From Aliivibrio fischeri ES114 (GTDB lineage: Bacteria; Pseudomonadota; Gammaproteobacteria; Enterobacterales; Vibrionaceae): a DNA stretch of 32,000 nucleotides. How positions within the stretch are numbered: position 1 is the stretch's first letter; every line of letters starts with the position of its first letter. The DNA is taken from the NCBI RefSeq assembly GCF_000011805.1, contig NC_006841.2. The stretch is one strand, 5' to 3'. This document shows positions 1 through 9,444 of this stretch, one piece after another. A program made the translations under genes and the position numbers. The notes below the pieces were generated by a model that ran no database searches, had not been told where the DNA came from, and saw only the letters and a list, made by a program, of their open reading frames with translations.

Positions 1-335
1 TTATAAACACGTCGACGCATTGAACGACCACGTAAACAAGCTCTTACTTGGTGATTTCCATATTCATCATCACCAGTATTGTCGGTTTCGACCCACTTAA
101 TTTCACCATTAGACACATGCATACGTAATGGGCAGCGGCTGCCACAGTTAACGGTACATGCACTCCAAACGACTTTATCTTCAGTCGTTGCAGGTTGTGG
201 TGCAGCAGAAGCAGAGCGAGAAGCAAAAGGAAGCGCTATACCACTAGTAATAGCTGTGATTCCACCCAATATAGACCCGCCTTTTACAAAACTGCGGCGG
301 CTTATTTTTGGGGTTAGCAATTGTTTTAATTTCAT
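1..335 (-). CDS. dmsA: Tat-exported DMSO reductase-family molybdoenzyme catalytic subunit (DmsA-like), N-terminal part, continues beyond left edge
   Basis: Hand translation of the minus strand from ATG at 335: MKLKQLLTPKISRRSFVKGGSILGG...AAAPQPATTEDKVVWSACTVNCGSRCPLRMHVSNGEIKWVETDN...VRACLRGRSMRRRVY. Twin-arginine signal plus N-terminal Fe-S Cys motif (CTVNCGSRC...C) typical of DmsA-type enzymes. Missing from the ORF track because it is truncated by the window. Confidence 0.85.
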   Translation of the reverse strand, partial: MKLKQLLTPKISRRSFVKGGSILGGITAITSGIALPFASRSASAAPQPATTEDKVVWSACTVNCGSRCPLRMHVSNGEIKWVETDNTGDDEYGNHQVRACLRGRSMRRRVY

Positions 336-459
336 GTATCGACATTCTCTAAGTTATATCTTGGAATTGATATGTTCCGATGGAAATTATTATCATTACG
401 ATTACTACCTCTCAATGGGTAGTTATTCACATAATTTAATTTTTATATATAAATAAACA

Positions 460-473
460 TTGTTTTTGATCAA
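460..473. promoter_or_regulatory. Candidate FNR-type box TTGTTtttgATCAA
   Basis: Matches TTGATnnnnATCAA at 9/10 positions; lies between divergent dmsA-like and torD-like genes. Confidence 0.4.
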
Positions 474-670
474 GCAAAAGAGACTGAGTTATAAATATGA
501 CTATTAATAAGCTTAAATGTATCGATTTTGGGAATGTTGTTTCATAGGAAGAATAACTTTGCTAAATATTGAATATATTAATAGTGAATTTAGTTGAGCG
601 AGAACAAAAAAAACCTTAACACTTATAGTAAGATTTAAATCAATGGTTAAATTTTTATATAAGAATATTA

Positions 671-1255
671 ATGGAAAACATAAGTGCTGCGGCAAAATTA
701 TTTGGTAGTCTTTTTTATTATCCACTAAATAATGAGAATAATACTCAATACATAAATTATATTAAGCAAAGTGAAGATTTGGATGATACTGAGTTTTCAA
801 ATTTTATCCGAGCGTATGAAGCGACAGATAATGAACTTGTTGCTGATGATTTTCAGCGTTTGTTTGAAGGGTGTGATGTTATGCCTGCACCACCTTGGGG
901 TTCAGTATACCTAGATAGAGAACAAGTTATATTTGGTGATTCAACTTTACGTTTCCGCCAGTTTTTACTTAACCATAATATTGAGTTAAACACGGGTATG
1001 AGGGAGCCAGAAGATCAATTTGGTCTTTCTTTATTAGCAATGGCTATGATGATTGATCAAGAAAAAGATGAAAGTGTTATTTCAGAGTTACTTTCAGAGC
1101 ATTTATTGCCTTGGTCATATCATTATTTAGAGTTAGTTAAAAAACACAGCAAAACAGATGTATATAAAACATTATCAGATATTACTGCTGGTTGGTTAGC
1201 TGCATTACAAAAAGAACTTAATATTACACCGCACGAATATAAGTTGTATTTTTAA
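671..1255 (+). CDS. TorD/DmsD-family molybdoenzyme maturation chaperone
   Basis: Family-typical segment MPAPPWGSVYLDREQVIFGDSTLRFRQFL; located beside a DmsA-like gene. Confidence 0.85.
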   Translation: MENISAAAKLFGSLFYYPLNNENNTQYINYIKQSEDLDDTEFSNFIRAYEATDNELVADDFQRLFEGCDVMPAPPWGSVYLDREQVIFGDSTLRFRQFLLNHNIELNTGMREPEDQFGLSLLAMAMMIDQEKDESVISELLSEHLLPWSYHYLELVKKHSKTDVYKTLSDITAGWLAALQKELNITPHEYKLYF

Positions 1256-1812
1256 TGAAAGATAAAAGAGATGAAAACTATTATCGTTCTTATTTGGAGC
1301 ATAAAACTGTAAGCCGACGTGGTTTATTTCGTGGACTATTGTCTGGTGCAAATAAATCATTAAAAGAGTCATCTCAAAATACAATTAAACCGACAGTAGC
1401 AAGATCTCCTTATGCTATTGAAGAGGGGCTATTTAGAGAGCTTTGCCAAGATTGCGAACAGTGCACTACTGCATGCCCTCAACATGTAATAGAGATGGTG
1501 GATGCCCGTCCTCAATTGAATCTTGATTATAATCACTGTACTTTTTGTGGAGAGTGCCAGTTGGTATGTGATTCAGGCGCTTTAGGTAAAGATCTAGGTA
1601 GTATCAATTTACAACCTGAGTTTATTTCAAGTTGTAATAATAAACTTTCTGGAAGGTGTGAAGTGTGTGCTGATGCTTGCCCGCAGAAAGCGATAATTAT
1701 CGAACCTAGAAAGTTGCCACAGGTGGACGCATCTTTATGTAATGGTTGTGGTTTATGCCGTTCTGCATGCTTTATTGGTGCTGTGCAAATGACCTTTGTC
1801 GTTCCAAGCTAG
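1255..1812 (+). CDS. napF: NapF-type ferredoxin-like protein with multiple 4Fe-4S motifs
   Basis: N-terminal SRRGLFRGLLSG; Cys motifs CQDCEQCTTACP, CTFCGECQLVC, CEVCADACP, CNGCGLCRSAC; start overlaps the upstream stop (TAATG), suggesting translational coupling. Confidence 0.8.
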   Translation: MKDKRDENYYRSYLEHKTVSRRGLFRGLLSGANKSLKESSQNTIKPTVARSPYAIEEGLFRELCQDCEQCTTACPQHVIEMVDARPQLNLDYNHCTFCGECQLVCDSGALGKDLGSINLQPEFISSCNNKLSGRCEVCADACPQKAIIIEPRKLPQVDASLCNGCGLCRSACFIGAVQMTFVVPS

Positions 1813-1832
1813 TATGTATTTAAATGCATTAA

Positions 1833-1864
1833 AAAAGGTGACAATTGAATGTCACCTTTTTTAT
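1833..1864. terminator. Bidirectional rho-independent terminator
   Basis: AAAAGGTGACA-ATTGAA-TGTCACCTTTTTT stem-loop between convergent genes. Confidence 0.8.
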
Positions 1865-1890
1865 TATTATGCGAGAAAATAACCAGTGTA

Positions 1891-2985
1891 TTAACGCTGC
1901 TCTAATGGATAAGAGCGGTAACTCCACATACCATAAACGCGTAATGCATCTCGGTAGATACCTAATAGTTCTTTATCTGTAGGTACTTTTAACTCTTCAA
2001 GTGGGCGATCATTGGCAGAGTAAGTATCAAACGTGATCCCTTTAGGGCCGGTTTGCCAACTTGCAACTTCAAATAATGCTTGTCCACGACGAACGTGACT
2101 TGCAGAGCTGATGATAGTAGCATGATCGATATTATGTCGAGCTAATGCATAGCTACTGTATAAGGCATTTTCAACAGTACTTCTTGCGTAATTGTCTTCA
2201 ATGATACGTGATGCATCAATGCCGTTTTTCACTAACCAATCAGTCATCAGTTTGCCTTCGGTTTTGTGGTTTTTAGGAACGCCTCCCGTTACAACAATGT
2301 ATGAGTTAGGGTTTTTCTTCGCCATATCCAATGTTGCGTTTAAGCGATCAATCAAGATTGGGTTCATGCTGCCATCTGGGTTCAGAGCATAGCCTAAAGT
2401 AATAATGGCATTTTTGCCTTTACCCTGTTTTTTGATGGTATTACTTAATGGTGTTTCAACGATTCGGTCAATGGTTGACATTATCTTCTTCAGATCTGCA
2501 ACACGGCCTTTATTAAGCTGCTCTAATGCCGTTAAGTGACGTGTAACTTCGCTTTTATTCCCTTTGAAGTTCTGCCAGATCACAAGATAAGAATGTGCAT
2601 CTACATCATCTGGAGCCACGCTTAAAATTTGAGTAAAGAGTTCGATTGCGCGATCAACATTGCTGTTATAGATCTGAGCATTAGCAGCAGAAAAAAGTAG
2701 GTCAACACGGTAAGGTTCAAGTTGGTAAGCTTCAAGAAGACGATTAGTTATCATCTCCATGTTGCTTGGCATCTTTGCCGTAAACCCTGCATGTGAAATA
2801 CGTGAAGGGTTCTTAAATACCTGATAAGCATCATTTAAAAGCTGATCCACAACCTGACGTTGAGAGGTCATCTCTGTATAGTCAACTTGTGGTTGAACGG
2901 TATCTAAAGCAGCATCAACGTTTGTTGAGTATAGTGAGCCAGAGAAAATAACAGCAAGAGAAAGTGTAAGTAGGGTGCGTTTCAT
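1891..2985 (-). CDS. Exported TPR-containing protein with DUF218 (YdcF/SanA/ElyC-like) domain
   Basis: Signal peptide MKRTLLTLSLAVIFSGSLYS; NAIITLGYALNPDGS...RLNATLDMAKKNPNSYIVVTGG...EGKLMTDWLVKNGIDASRIIEDNYARSTVENALYS is typical of DUF218; N-terminal TPR-like region. Confidence 0.8.
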   Translation of the reverse strand: MKRTLLTLSLAVIFSGSLYSTNVDAALDTVQPQVDYTEMTSQRQVVDQLLNDAYQVFKNPSRISHAGFTAKMPSNMEMITNRLLEAYQLEPYRVDLLFSAANAQIYNSNVDRAIELFTQILSVAPDDVDAHSYLVIWQNFKGNKSEVTRHLTALEQLNKGRVADLKKIMSTIDRIVETPLSNTIKKQGKGKNAIITLGYALNPDGSMNPILIDRLNATLDMAKKNPNSYIVVTGGVPKNHKTEGKLMTDWLVKNGIDASRIIEDNYARSTVENALYSSYALARHNIDHATIISSASHVRRGQALFEVASWQTGPKGITFDTYSANDRPLEELKVPTDKELLGIYRDALRVYGMWSYRSYPLEQR

Positions 2986-3152
2986 TGTTTTTTATTCCAA
3001 AGGGTAAACGTAGTTTAATCCTATTACTTGAAAATAAAGAGTATTGTGAGCGCAATCGTATTTGGTTTTATTGGATTGAAGTGAATCCTAATAGTGTGAA
3101 CTAATGTCACACAAGAAAATAAGTAGGGCATGATAACCCTACTTTATCTGTT

Positions 3153-4907
3153 TTATTTTGTAATAACCTTACCTTCACGACGGGGATCGGCTGCACCAAT
3201 AAGTGAGTTTTCTTGCAGTTTAATCGCTTGAACGCCAGAGTTTAGTTCTTTAACTTGAACTTTAAATCCTAGCTTTTCTAATTTAGGAACCCACGCTTCG
3301 GCTGGCGTATCTTTCTCTATTTCAAATGCCCCAAATCGATTATTCATATTAGGTAAGTCAATCGCTTGTTGTAAATTTAAGCCCCAATCAAGATGAGCAA
3401 CCAAGGTTTTAGCTACATACCCTATAATTTGGCTGCCACCGGGAGAGCCAATTGCTATATAAGGTTTATTGTCTTTCATCACAATCGTCGGTGCCATGGA
3501 GGATCTCGGACGTTTTCCCGGTTCAATACGGTTGGCGATTGGTATGCCATTAACGTGGCTTCTAAAGGAGAAATCGGTTAACTCATTATTTAATAAGAAC
3601 CCTCTGACCATTAAGCGAGAACCAAAACCATTTTCTATTGTGGTGGTGATTGAAACGACATTACGCTCATTATCGACAATAGAAAAATGACTCGTAGAAG
3701 GTAATTCAATCGCTTCGTCTAAAGCGTAATTATTGGCATGTGACCACGGAGGTGAACCTGCTGTGGTCTCAACTAACGCATTTTCACCTTGTAATAATTG
3801 GGCTCGTTGTTCCAAATAGTTTTTGTCTAATAAGCCTTGAGTTGGCATTGGTACATAATCACTGTCAGCTATGTACTTACCTCTATCTGCAAAAGCTAAC
3901 CGAGAAGCATCACCGAGCAATCTCCAGCTTTGTACGTTATCCTTACCCATGTTTGAGATTGGGTAATGGCTGAGTATTCCCATGATTTGCCCAAGGGTTA
4001 ATGCGCCGGAACTTGGCGGTCCCATTCCACAGATCGCATATTGACGATAAGGTGCACAGACTGGCTCACGCTCTTTCACTTGATAAGCTGTAAAATCAAT
4101 TAAATTAAGCACCCCAGGGTTAGAGGTTTCATTTCTTACTGTATTTACAATATCTTCTGCGATTTCTCCTTGATAGAACGCCTTTGCTCCTTGCTCTGAA
4201 ATCGCTTCTAATGTATTGGCATATTGAAGGTTTTTAAGTTGTTGTCCTGCTTTAATTGGGGAACCATCTTGATTAAAGAAATAGGCTTTTGTTACTGGAG
4301 AACGCTGTAGAAATTCTTGGTCATTATCAACCAACTTAGCTAAACGAGGACTAACTATAAAGCCTTCCGTTGCCAACTTTATTGCTGGTTTAAATAAGGT
4401 TTTCCAATCTAATTTCCCAAGCTTTTGGTGGGTATCCCACATTAGTTTTATTGTGCCAGGAGTACCAACCGATCGTCCTCCTACAACAGCGTCATAAAAC
4501 TTAAGAGGCTCTCCTTTTTGATCTTGAAAGAGTTGAGGCGTAACTGCTAGTGGGGCAGTTTCTCTTCCATCAAAAGTCGTTAGATCTTGTTTTTTTGCAT
4601 CCCAGTAAACAAGGAATGCGCCGCCACCGATGCCTGAAGATTGAGGCTCAACTAAGCCAAGAACTAATTGGGTTGCCACCATCGCATCAATGGCATTACC
4701 GCCTTTGCGTAGCATTTCTGCTCCTGCTTCACTAGCATAAGGATTTGCAGAAGCAATCATCCATTCTTTGCCTTTAACTAGGTTCTGTTTGGTTAACCCT
4801 GTTGAGGCTTCTGGAGCAATATTGTCCGTGCTTTGAGCTGAGAATGATGCGGGACTTACGATAGAGGTAGAGATTAATAAGGCGAGTGTTGACGCTTTCC
4901 ATTGCAT
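3153..4907 (-). CDS. ggt: Gamma-glutamyltransferase
   Basis: ASANPYASEAGAEMLRKGGNAIDAMVATQLVLGLVEPQSSGIGGGAFLVYWD; catalytic region STSHFSIVDNERNVVSITTTIENGFGSR; C-terminal RREGKVITK; signal peptide. Confidence 0.95.
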   Translation of the reverse strand: MQWKASTLALLISTSIVSPASFSAQSTDNIAPEASTGLTKQNLVKGKEWMIASANPYASEAGAEMLRKGGNAIDAMVATQLVLGLVEPQSSGIGGGAFLVYWDAKKQDLTTFDGRETAPLAVTPQLFQDQKGEPLKFYDAVVGGRSVGTPGTIKLMWDTHQKLGKLDWKTLFKPAIKLATEGFIVSPRLAKLVDNDQEFLQRSPVTKAYFFNQDGSPIKAGQQLKNLQYANTLEAISEQGAKAFYQGEIAEDIVNTVRNETSNPGVLNLIDFTAYQVKEREPVCAPYRQYAICGMGPPSSGALTLGQIMGILSHYPISNMGKDNVQSWRLLGDASRLAFADRGKYIADSDYVPMPTQGLLDKNYLEQRAQLLQGENALVETTAGSPPWSHANNYALDEAIELPSTSHFSIVDNERNVVSITTTIENGFGSRLMVRGFLLNNELTDFSFRSHVNGIPIANRIEPGKRPRSSMAPTIVMKDNKPYIAIGSPGGSQIIGYVAKTLVAHLDWGLNLQQAIDLPNMNNRFGAFEIEKDTPAEAWVPKLEKLGFKVQVKELNSGVQAIKLQENSLIGAADPRREGKVITK

Positions 4908-5068
4908 AGAAGCTCCTAGTCTAACAAAGAAGATTGGGTTAGATAAAAAGACTGACAGAGGACAAGAAGAGTGTCGAATAGCTTATTATGGTTCTTGGTT
5001 GATGCTCACATTTTAAACGAATTGAGAGTGAGTCATTCACTCTCAATGTTGTGCTTTATGAAGTTAAG

Positions 5069-6172
5069 TTACATTTCACGCCACCAATGAGATGTTACTT
5101 TTGGGTCTGTGATCATGATTTTCTCTCCAATAATTGGGGTGACTAAACGTACTTTTTTTTCGGCACTAATAGCAGATACCTGTTCTAGAGGATCTTGCCA
5201 ATCGTGCAGGGCTAAATCAAACGTACTATTATGAATTGGCATCATAGTTTGTCCTTTAACATCTAAATGTGCTTGTACACTTTGTGATGGGAACATATGA
5301 ATATCTGACCATAATTCATTATATGCGCCAGTTTCAACCATCGTTAAGTCAAATGGACCGTATTTATCGCCGATCTCTTTAAATCCAGAAAAATAACCAG
5401 AGTCGCCACTAAAGAAAAGGTTTGCTTGCTTGCCTTTGATGACCCAACTTCCCCATAACGTGCTGTTTTTATCTGTTAAACCACGACCTGAGAAATGTTG
5501 GGTCGGTGCAAAAGAGAATTCAATATGACTAATCGTATGAGATTGCCACCAATCAAACTCGGTGATCTTATTTTCTTCTACACCCCATTTTTTGAGTAAT
5601 TTCCCAACACGAAGAGGAACGACAAAGTGCTCTACTTTATCGTTTAACTGTTTTACTGCATGCTTATCGAGATGATCATAATGGTCATGGCTAATAGCAA
5701 CCACTTGAATTGTTGGGAGATCAGAAATTGAGATAGGCGCAGCATGAAAACGTTTTGGCCCCGCCCATTGAACAGGTGAAGCGCGATCACTAAAAACAGG
5801 ATCAGTTAAGATAAGTTGACCGTCAAGTTTGATCAAAACAGAGGAATGTCCAAGGCGATATAGCACGGCTTCTTTTTCTTGCATTAAATCATCAATAGAA
5901 ATGGCTTGAACAGGTACTGTATTTTTAGGTGTCGCCTCAACTCTTGTGGTTGAAATGTATGCTTTAGCGATATCCCAAATATTACTTGTACTGGTCGTGT
6001 ATTCCATCTCGCTGTTTTTAAAACGAGCTTGGGAATCCTTCTCACCTTGTTGGAAATAAGAAAAAGTGAAAGCCATGACGGTAACTCCTATTAAAGCGAT
6101 CTTTTTATTGATAATCAAAGTACGTTCTTTTTTCATATTTATCCCTTTTAACCACTCGTCATGTCTAAACAC
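5069..6172 (-). CDS. MBL-fold metal-dependent hydrolase (RomA/NAPE-PLD-like); true start may be the internal Met near 6136
   Basis: HxHxDH metal motif in VVAISHDHYDHLD; FFSGDSGYF; VETGAYNELWSDIHMFPSQSVQAHLDV; N-terminal hydrophobic anchor. Confidence 0.85.
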   Translation of the reverse strand: MFRHDEWLKGINMKKERTLIINKKIALIGVTVMAFTFSYFQQGEKDSQARFKNSEMEYTTSTSNIWDIAKAYISTTRVEATPKNTVPVQAISIDDLMQEKEAVLYRLGHSSVLIKLDGQLILTDPVFSDRASPVQWAGPKRFHAAPISISDLPTIQVVAISHDHYDHLDKHAVKQLNDKVEHFVVPLRVGKLLKKWGVEENKITEFDWWQSHTISHIEFSFAPTQHFSGRGLTDKNSTLWGSWVIKGKQANLFFSGDSGYFSGFKEIGDKYGPFDLTMVETGAYNELWSDIHMFPSQSVQAHLDVKGQTMMPIHNSTFDLALHDWQDPLEQVSAISAEKKVRLVTPIIGEKIMITDPKVTSHWWREM

Positions 6173-6253
6173 TTTCTTACTGTGATTGGTATTAGAGTAG
6201 CTAATTTTCCTTATTTCGTCGTTTTCCTTACGAGGATTCAGCCCTCTTATAAA

Positions 6254-6302
6254 GTAAACTACACCGACTAGTTTACATTTTAAAAGTGAAAAGTAAACTA
6301 GT
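6254..6302. promoter_or_regulatory. Candidate TetR-family operator cluster: GTAAACTA-N7-TAGTTTAC plus GTAAACTAGT
   Basis: Inverted arms at 6254-6261 and 6269-6276; third copy at 6293-6302 is the exact reverse complement of 6267-6276. Lies between the divergent MBL and tetR-like genes. Confidence 0.6.
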
Positions 6303-6370
6303 TAGTGTAAAATGAATCGCAGTGGTGACAGTTTTTAATCGTTATCATGTTCTATATTTAAGGTATCTTT

Positions 6371-6985
6371 ATGATTGAAAAGAAAAAAAATCGAAGTAAA
6401 TTAAAGCGTGAAGCGATTCTCGCGGCAGCGAAAAAGGCATATCAAGATGATGGTGTGCAAAATACTAGCATGGATAAACTGGCATCTTTAGCTCAAGTAT
6501 CAAAACGCACGGTTTATAATCACTTTTCATCTAAAGAAGCCTTAGTTATGGAGTTATTGTCTGATTTATGGCAAAACTCGATGGCAGATATTGATATTCA
6601 GTTTTCTGAAAATGTGAGTATTCAGGACCAATTAGAGCGATTGCTGCTCGCTGAGTTGAACGTTATTGGTGCTCAATCGTATCTAGACTTAGCGAAAGTG
6701 GCCTTTGGTCATTTCTTTTATAAACCTGATGAATTGCAACTTCAGGTTGAAAAAATGGCAGAGCAAGAGACGGCGTTATCTCGTTGGTTACAGTTAATGA
6801 TGGACACAAAAAAGCTGACTATTGAAGATAAGCATAAAGCGGGAGTTCAATTACATAGCTTATTAAAAGGCAGTGCTTTTTGGCCTCAGTTAGTGGGTAT
6901 GAGGGCTGTTTTATCTTCGGAAGAGAAAGAACAACTGGTTACTGAAACGGCTGATATGTTTTTGAGTCGTTATTTAAAAAGATAA
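6371..6985 (+). CDS. TetR/AcrR-family transcriptional regulator
   Basis: N-terminal HTH: KREAILAAAKKAYQDDGVQNTSMDKLASLAQVSKRTVYNHFSSKEALVMELL. Confidence 0.92.
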   Translation: MIEKKKNRSKLKREAILAAAKKAYQDDGVQNTSMDKLASLAQVSKRTVYNHFSSKEALVMELLSDLWQNSMADIDIQFSENVSIQDQLERLLLAELNVIGAQSYLDLAKVAFGHFFYKPDELQLQVEKMAEQETALSRWLQLMMDTKKLTIEDKHKAGVQLHSLLKGSAFWPQLVGMRAVLSSEEKEQLVTETADMFLSRYLKR

Positions 6986-7098
6986 AAAAGAAATACGATA
7001 AACGTCACAAGGCTCAAATACATACCAAAAAGATCCACCAGTTACAGTAATAATAGGCTAAAAAATACTCTATCATTGTGTGTGTATTCAATGAGTAG

Positions 7099-8079
7099 GT
7101 GGGCTTAATGAAACAAAAGGATTTTTTTCTATATGCCGTTATGAGTGTGTTTTTAGGTATGCAAGGATGTGCATCATCTTCAGACATCAAGCAGAATGTA
7201 GGTACTTCTGAGATTGCTCATACAAAACAAACATTACAAATTGCTGGTCTAAAACATTGTAATAACGAAGGTAACGACTCAATTCACTTAAACCCAGATG
7301 AACCCTTAACAATTATTGTTCATGGTTGTTTTTCGTCTGCTGGACGCTTTGAGACCTTAGCCGATGTTTATGGACTATACGACCAACAAGCCATTTGTTT
7401 TGAATATGATGATAGAAAAAGTCTAGAAGACACATCAGGTGAGCTTGTAGCGGCTTTAAATCAGCTATCAACTCAAAATCCGAATCAAGACCTGCATGTC
7501 ATTGGCCATAGCCAAGGAGGGTTGGTTGCCCGACGTGCATTAACTTCAGAAAGAGAAGACCAACAAACGGTCACGGCTAAGAAAGTGCAATTAACAACGG
7601 TTTCATCTCCCTTTAATGGTATTGAAATTTCATCGCACTGCGGAATAACGCCTCTACGTATTCTCTCATTAGGTATTGTCGATTTGATTTGTTATGCCGT
7701 GACGGGAGAAAAATATCAACAAATACCGCCGAATGCTGATTTTATCGAGCAACCAGGTGATCTTGTCGCATCAGTCTCTCAGCATTTGGTGATCAAAACT
7801 GATGAGCGAAATTCGTGTCGTAAGGAAAATGACAAAGGAGAGTGCATTGAGGACGATTACGTTTTCAGTGTTAATGAACAATCAAATAATCAAGTTGATG
7901 ATGGTGTGAACACGGATTTAGTAACTGTAAAAGCCGGTCATGTTGAGATTGTTGGAAATGGAGAGTCAGTACCAACAGATCTAATTAATATATTAAAGCA
8001 GAAAGAAGTATTGGTGGATAAATCGGGTGTTGATGAACAAAAACAAGGTTATTTAATTAATCAATTATATTTTGATTAA
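7099..8079 (+). CDS. Putative lipoprotein alpha/beta hydrolase (lipase/PGAP1-like)
   Basis: Lipobox-like LGMQGC after hydrophobic signal; LTIIVHGCFSS oxyanion region; nucleophile elbow GHSQGG. Confidence 0.8.
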   Translation: MGLMKQKDFFLYAVMSVFLGMQGCASSSDIKQNVGTSEIAHTKQTLQIAGLKHCNNEGNDSIHLNPDEPLTIIVHGCFSSAGRFETLADVYGLYDQQAICFEYDDRKSLEDTSGELVAALNQLSTQNPNQDLHVIGHSQGGLVARRALTSEREDQQTVTAKKVQLTTVSSPFNGIEISSHCGITPLRILSLGIVDLICYAVTGEKYQQIPPNADFIEQPGDLVASVSQHLVIKTDERNSCRKENDKGECIEDDYVFSVNEQSNNQVDDGVNTDLVTVKAGHVEIVGNGESVPTDLINILKQKEVLVDKSGVDEQKQGYLINQLYFD

Positions 8080-8084
8080 ATAGT

Positions 8085-9218
8085 TTAGTTTTTTAATGTT
8101 CTTAAATACTTCCAATATTGGTTATTTGATTTGTTAATTGGAAAGTGTCCATACTCATTTTTTTGATCCAATGAAATTAATTTGAACAATTCAGTATCAT
8201 TATTATATTGATTTTCATAAATATAGACATCGCCTATAACGCCTCTTTGAGTTTGACTTTTAATTACGTGAACTGAAGATACATTGTTATTAAATGAATC
8301 GATAATTTGTGCATTATCATCCATATATGATAATGAAGTATATTCACCTGTATAATTTGCACTTTTATATAAAATAACTGAAAAGCCATCAGGAATGATT
8401 AATGATGATAGTTCTTTTGAAAAATCACCTAATAAAGGAGAGCTATTTTTTAATTTATATTTTTTTCCTTTATGGCCTTTGTCACTATAAAGCACAACTT
8501 CTTTATGATCAGTATAGCTTGGATACATATAATTTATAGTATATATATCTCCCATACTTAAGCCATCTCTTCTACCTATTTTTTCACCATTGAGAGTAGT
8601 GATTGTTGGCCACGCACTTGTTGAAAAAGTGTGTGTAGAATAATGGGTTATTGAAGCGTAATCATAACCCCTAATATTTTCTGATTCGGAGCCATTTATT
8701 TGAAAATTTTGTCTTTTATCTTTCCGAATTCGATCCCAGTGAATGGTAATATATGAGTCTCTGTCTGAACGGTTATGTTCATGAAACATTCCAATAGCAT
8801 GTGCAAATTCATGTACAACAGAGAGGCGAGTACAGCCACCTATTTTCATGAACTGCTCTCCACCACGTCTTCCTATCTTAGCAGAGCATCCGGATCCATC
8901 TTCACTATTAATATTTATAAAATCAGGGTATTTATCTTTATTTATGTTATTTCTTTCTATAAATTTTAGGTTGGTAACACTTTCTATATGTTGAATAGCA
9001 CTTAAAACGGCCTCTCTTTTTCGAACTGGTGGAGTATTATCAAATTGGTAAGGAATTGTATTATTTATCCATTTGTACCTAAAATCAGAAACAATGTGTG
9101 AATATACTTGCATTCTCATGTTTTCTTCATACGAATCAGTATCACACATATCATCATTAGCATTTAATGAAACTGAAAAGATATAAGTTGGGAGTAAATA
9201 GATAATAATATTTTTCAT
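8085..9218 (-). CDS. Secreted astacin-family (M12A) metalloprotease with C-terminal beta/gamma-crystallin-like domain
   Basis: Zinc motif HEFAHAIGMFHEH (HExxHxxGxxHE) followed by NRSDRDSYITIHWDRI and YDYASITHYS; C-terminal VVLYSDKGHKGKKYKL...FSVILYKSANYTGEYTSL...NNNVSSVHVI resembles paired Greek-key motifs; signal peptide. Confidence 0.85.
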   Translation of the reverse strand: MKNIIIYLLPTYIFSVSLNANDDMCDTDSYEENMRMQVYSHIVSDFRYKWINNTIPYQFDNTPPVRKREAVLSAIQHIESVTNLKFIERNNINKDKYPDFININSEDGSGCSAKIGRRGGEQFMKIGGCTRLSVVHEFAHAIGMFHEHNRSDRDSYITIHWDRIRKDKRQNFQINGSESENIRGYDYASITHYSTHTFSTSAWPTITTLNGEKIGRRDGLSMGDIYTINYMYPSYTDHKEVVLYSDKGHKGKKYKLKNSSPLLGDFSKELSSLIIPDGFSVILYKSANYTGEYTSLSYMDDNAQIIDSFNNNVSSVHVIKSQTQRGVIGDVYIYENQYNNDTELFKLISLDQKNEYGHFPINKSNNQYWKYLRTLKN

Positions 9219-9444
9219 TATAAAACATACTCAAATTAAAGTGATTTCTTATTTTAATATTAGTTTTAAAATTAAAAAACTGTAAATATATACACTTGCA
9301 CTAAATTGTTTTTATTAATTTGTAACTTGAGACTGAAAAATTCAGTAAGAAAAATCAACCTGTTTTTATTATGCAGTAAGAAATAGGCATAGCTAACTGC
9401 TAAATTAGTAATGAACTTAAACATCAATACTAGAGAGGGATATT

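Noticed and set aside
44-226. Minus-strand ORF of 60 aa
   Set aside because: Same strand but wrong frame relative to the DmsA-like coding sequence.
79-456. Plus-strand ORF of 125 aa
   Set aside because: Antisense to the well-supported Tat-signal DmsA N-terminus; composition not protein-like.
513-725. Minus-strand ORF of 70 aa
   Set aside because: Lies over AT-rich intergenic DNA and the start of the torD-like gene; no recognisable features.
3393-4735. Four plus-strand ORFs (3393, 3469, 3740, 4550)
   Set aside because: All antisense to gamma-glutamyltransferase, which has full-length motif support.
8775-8969. Plus-strand ORF of 64 aa
   Set aside because: Antisense to the astacin catalytic domain.
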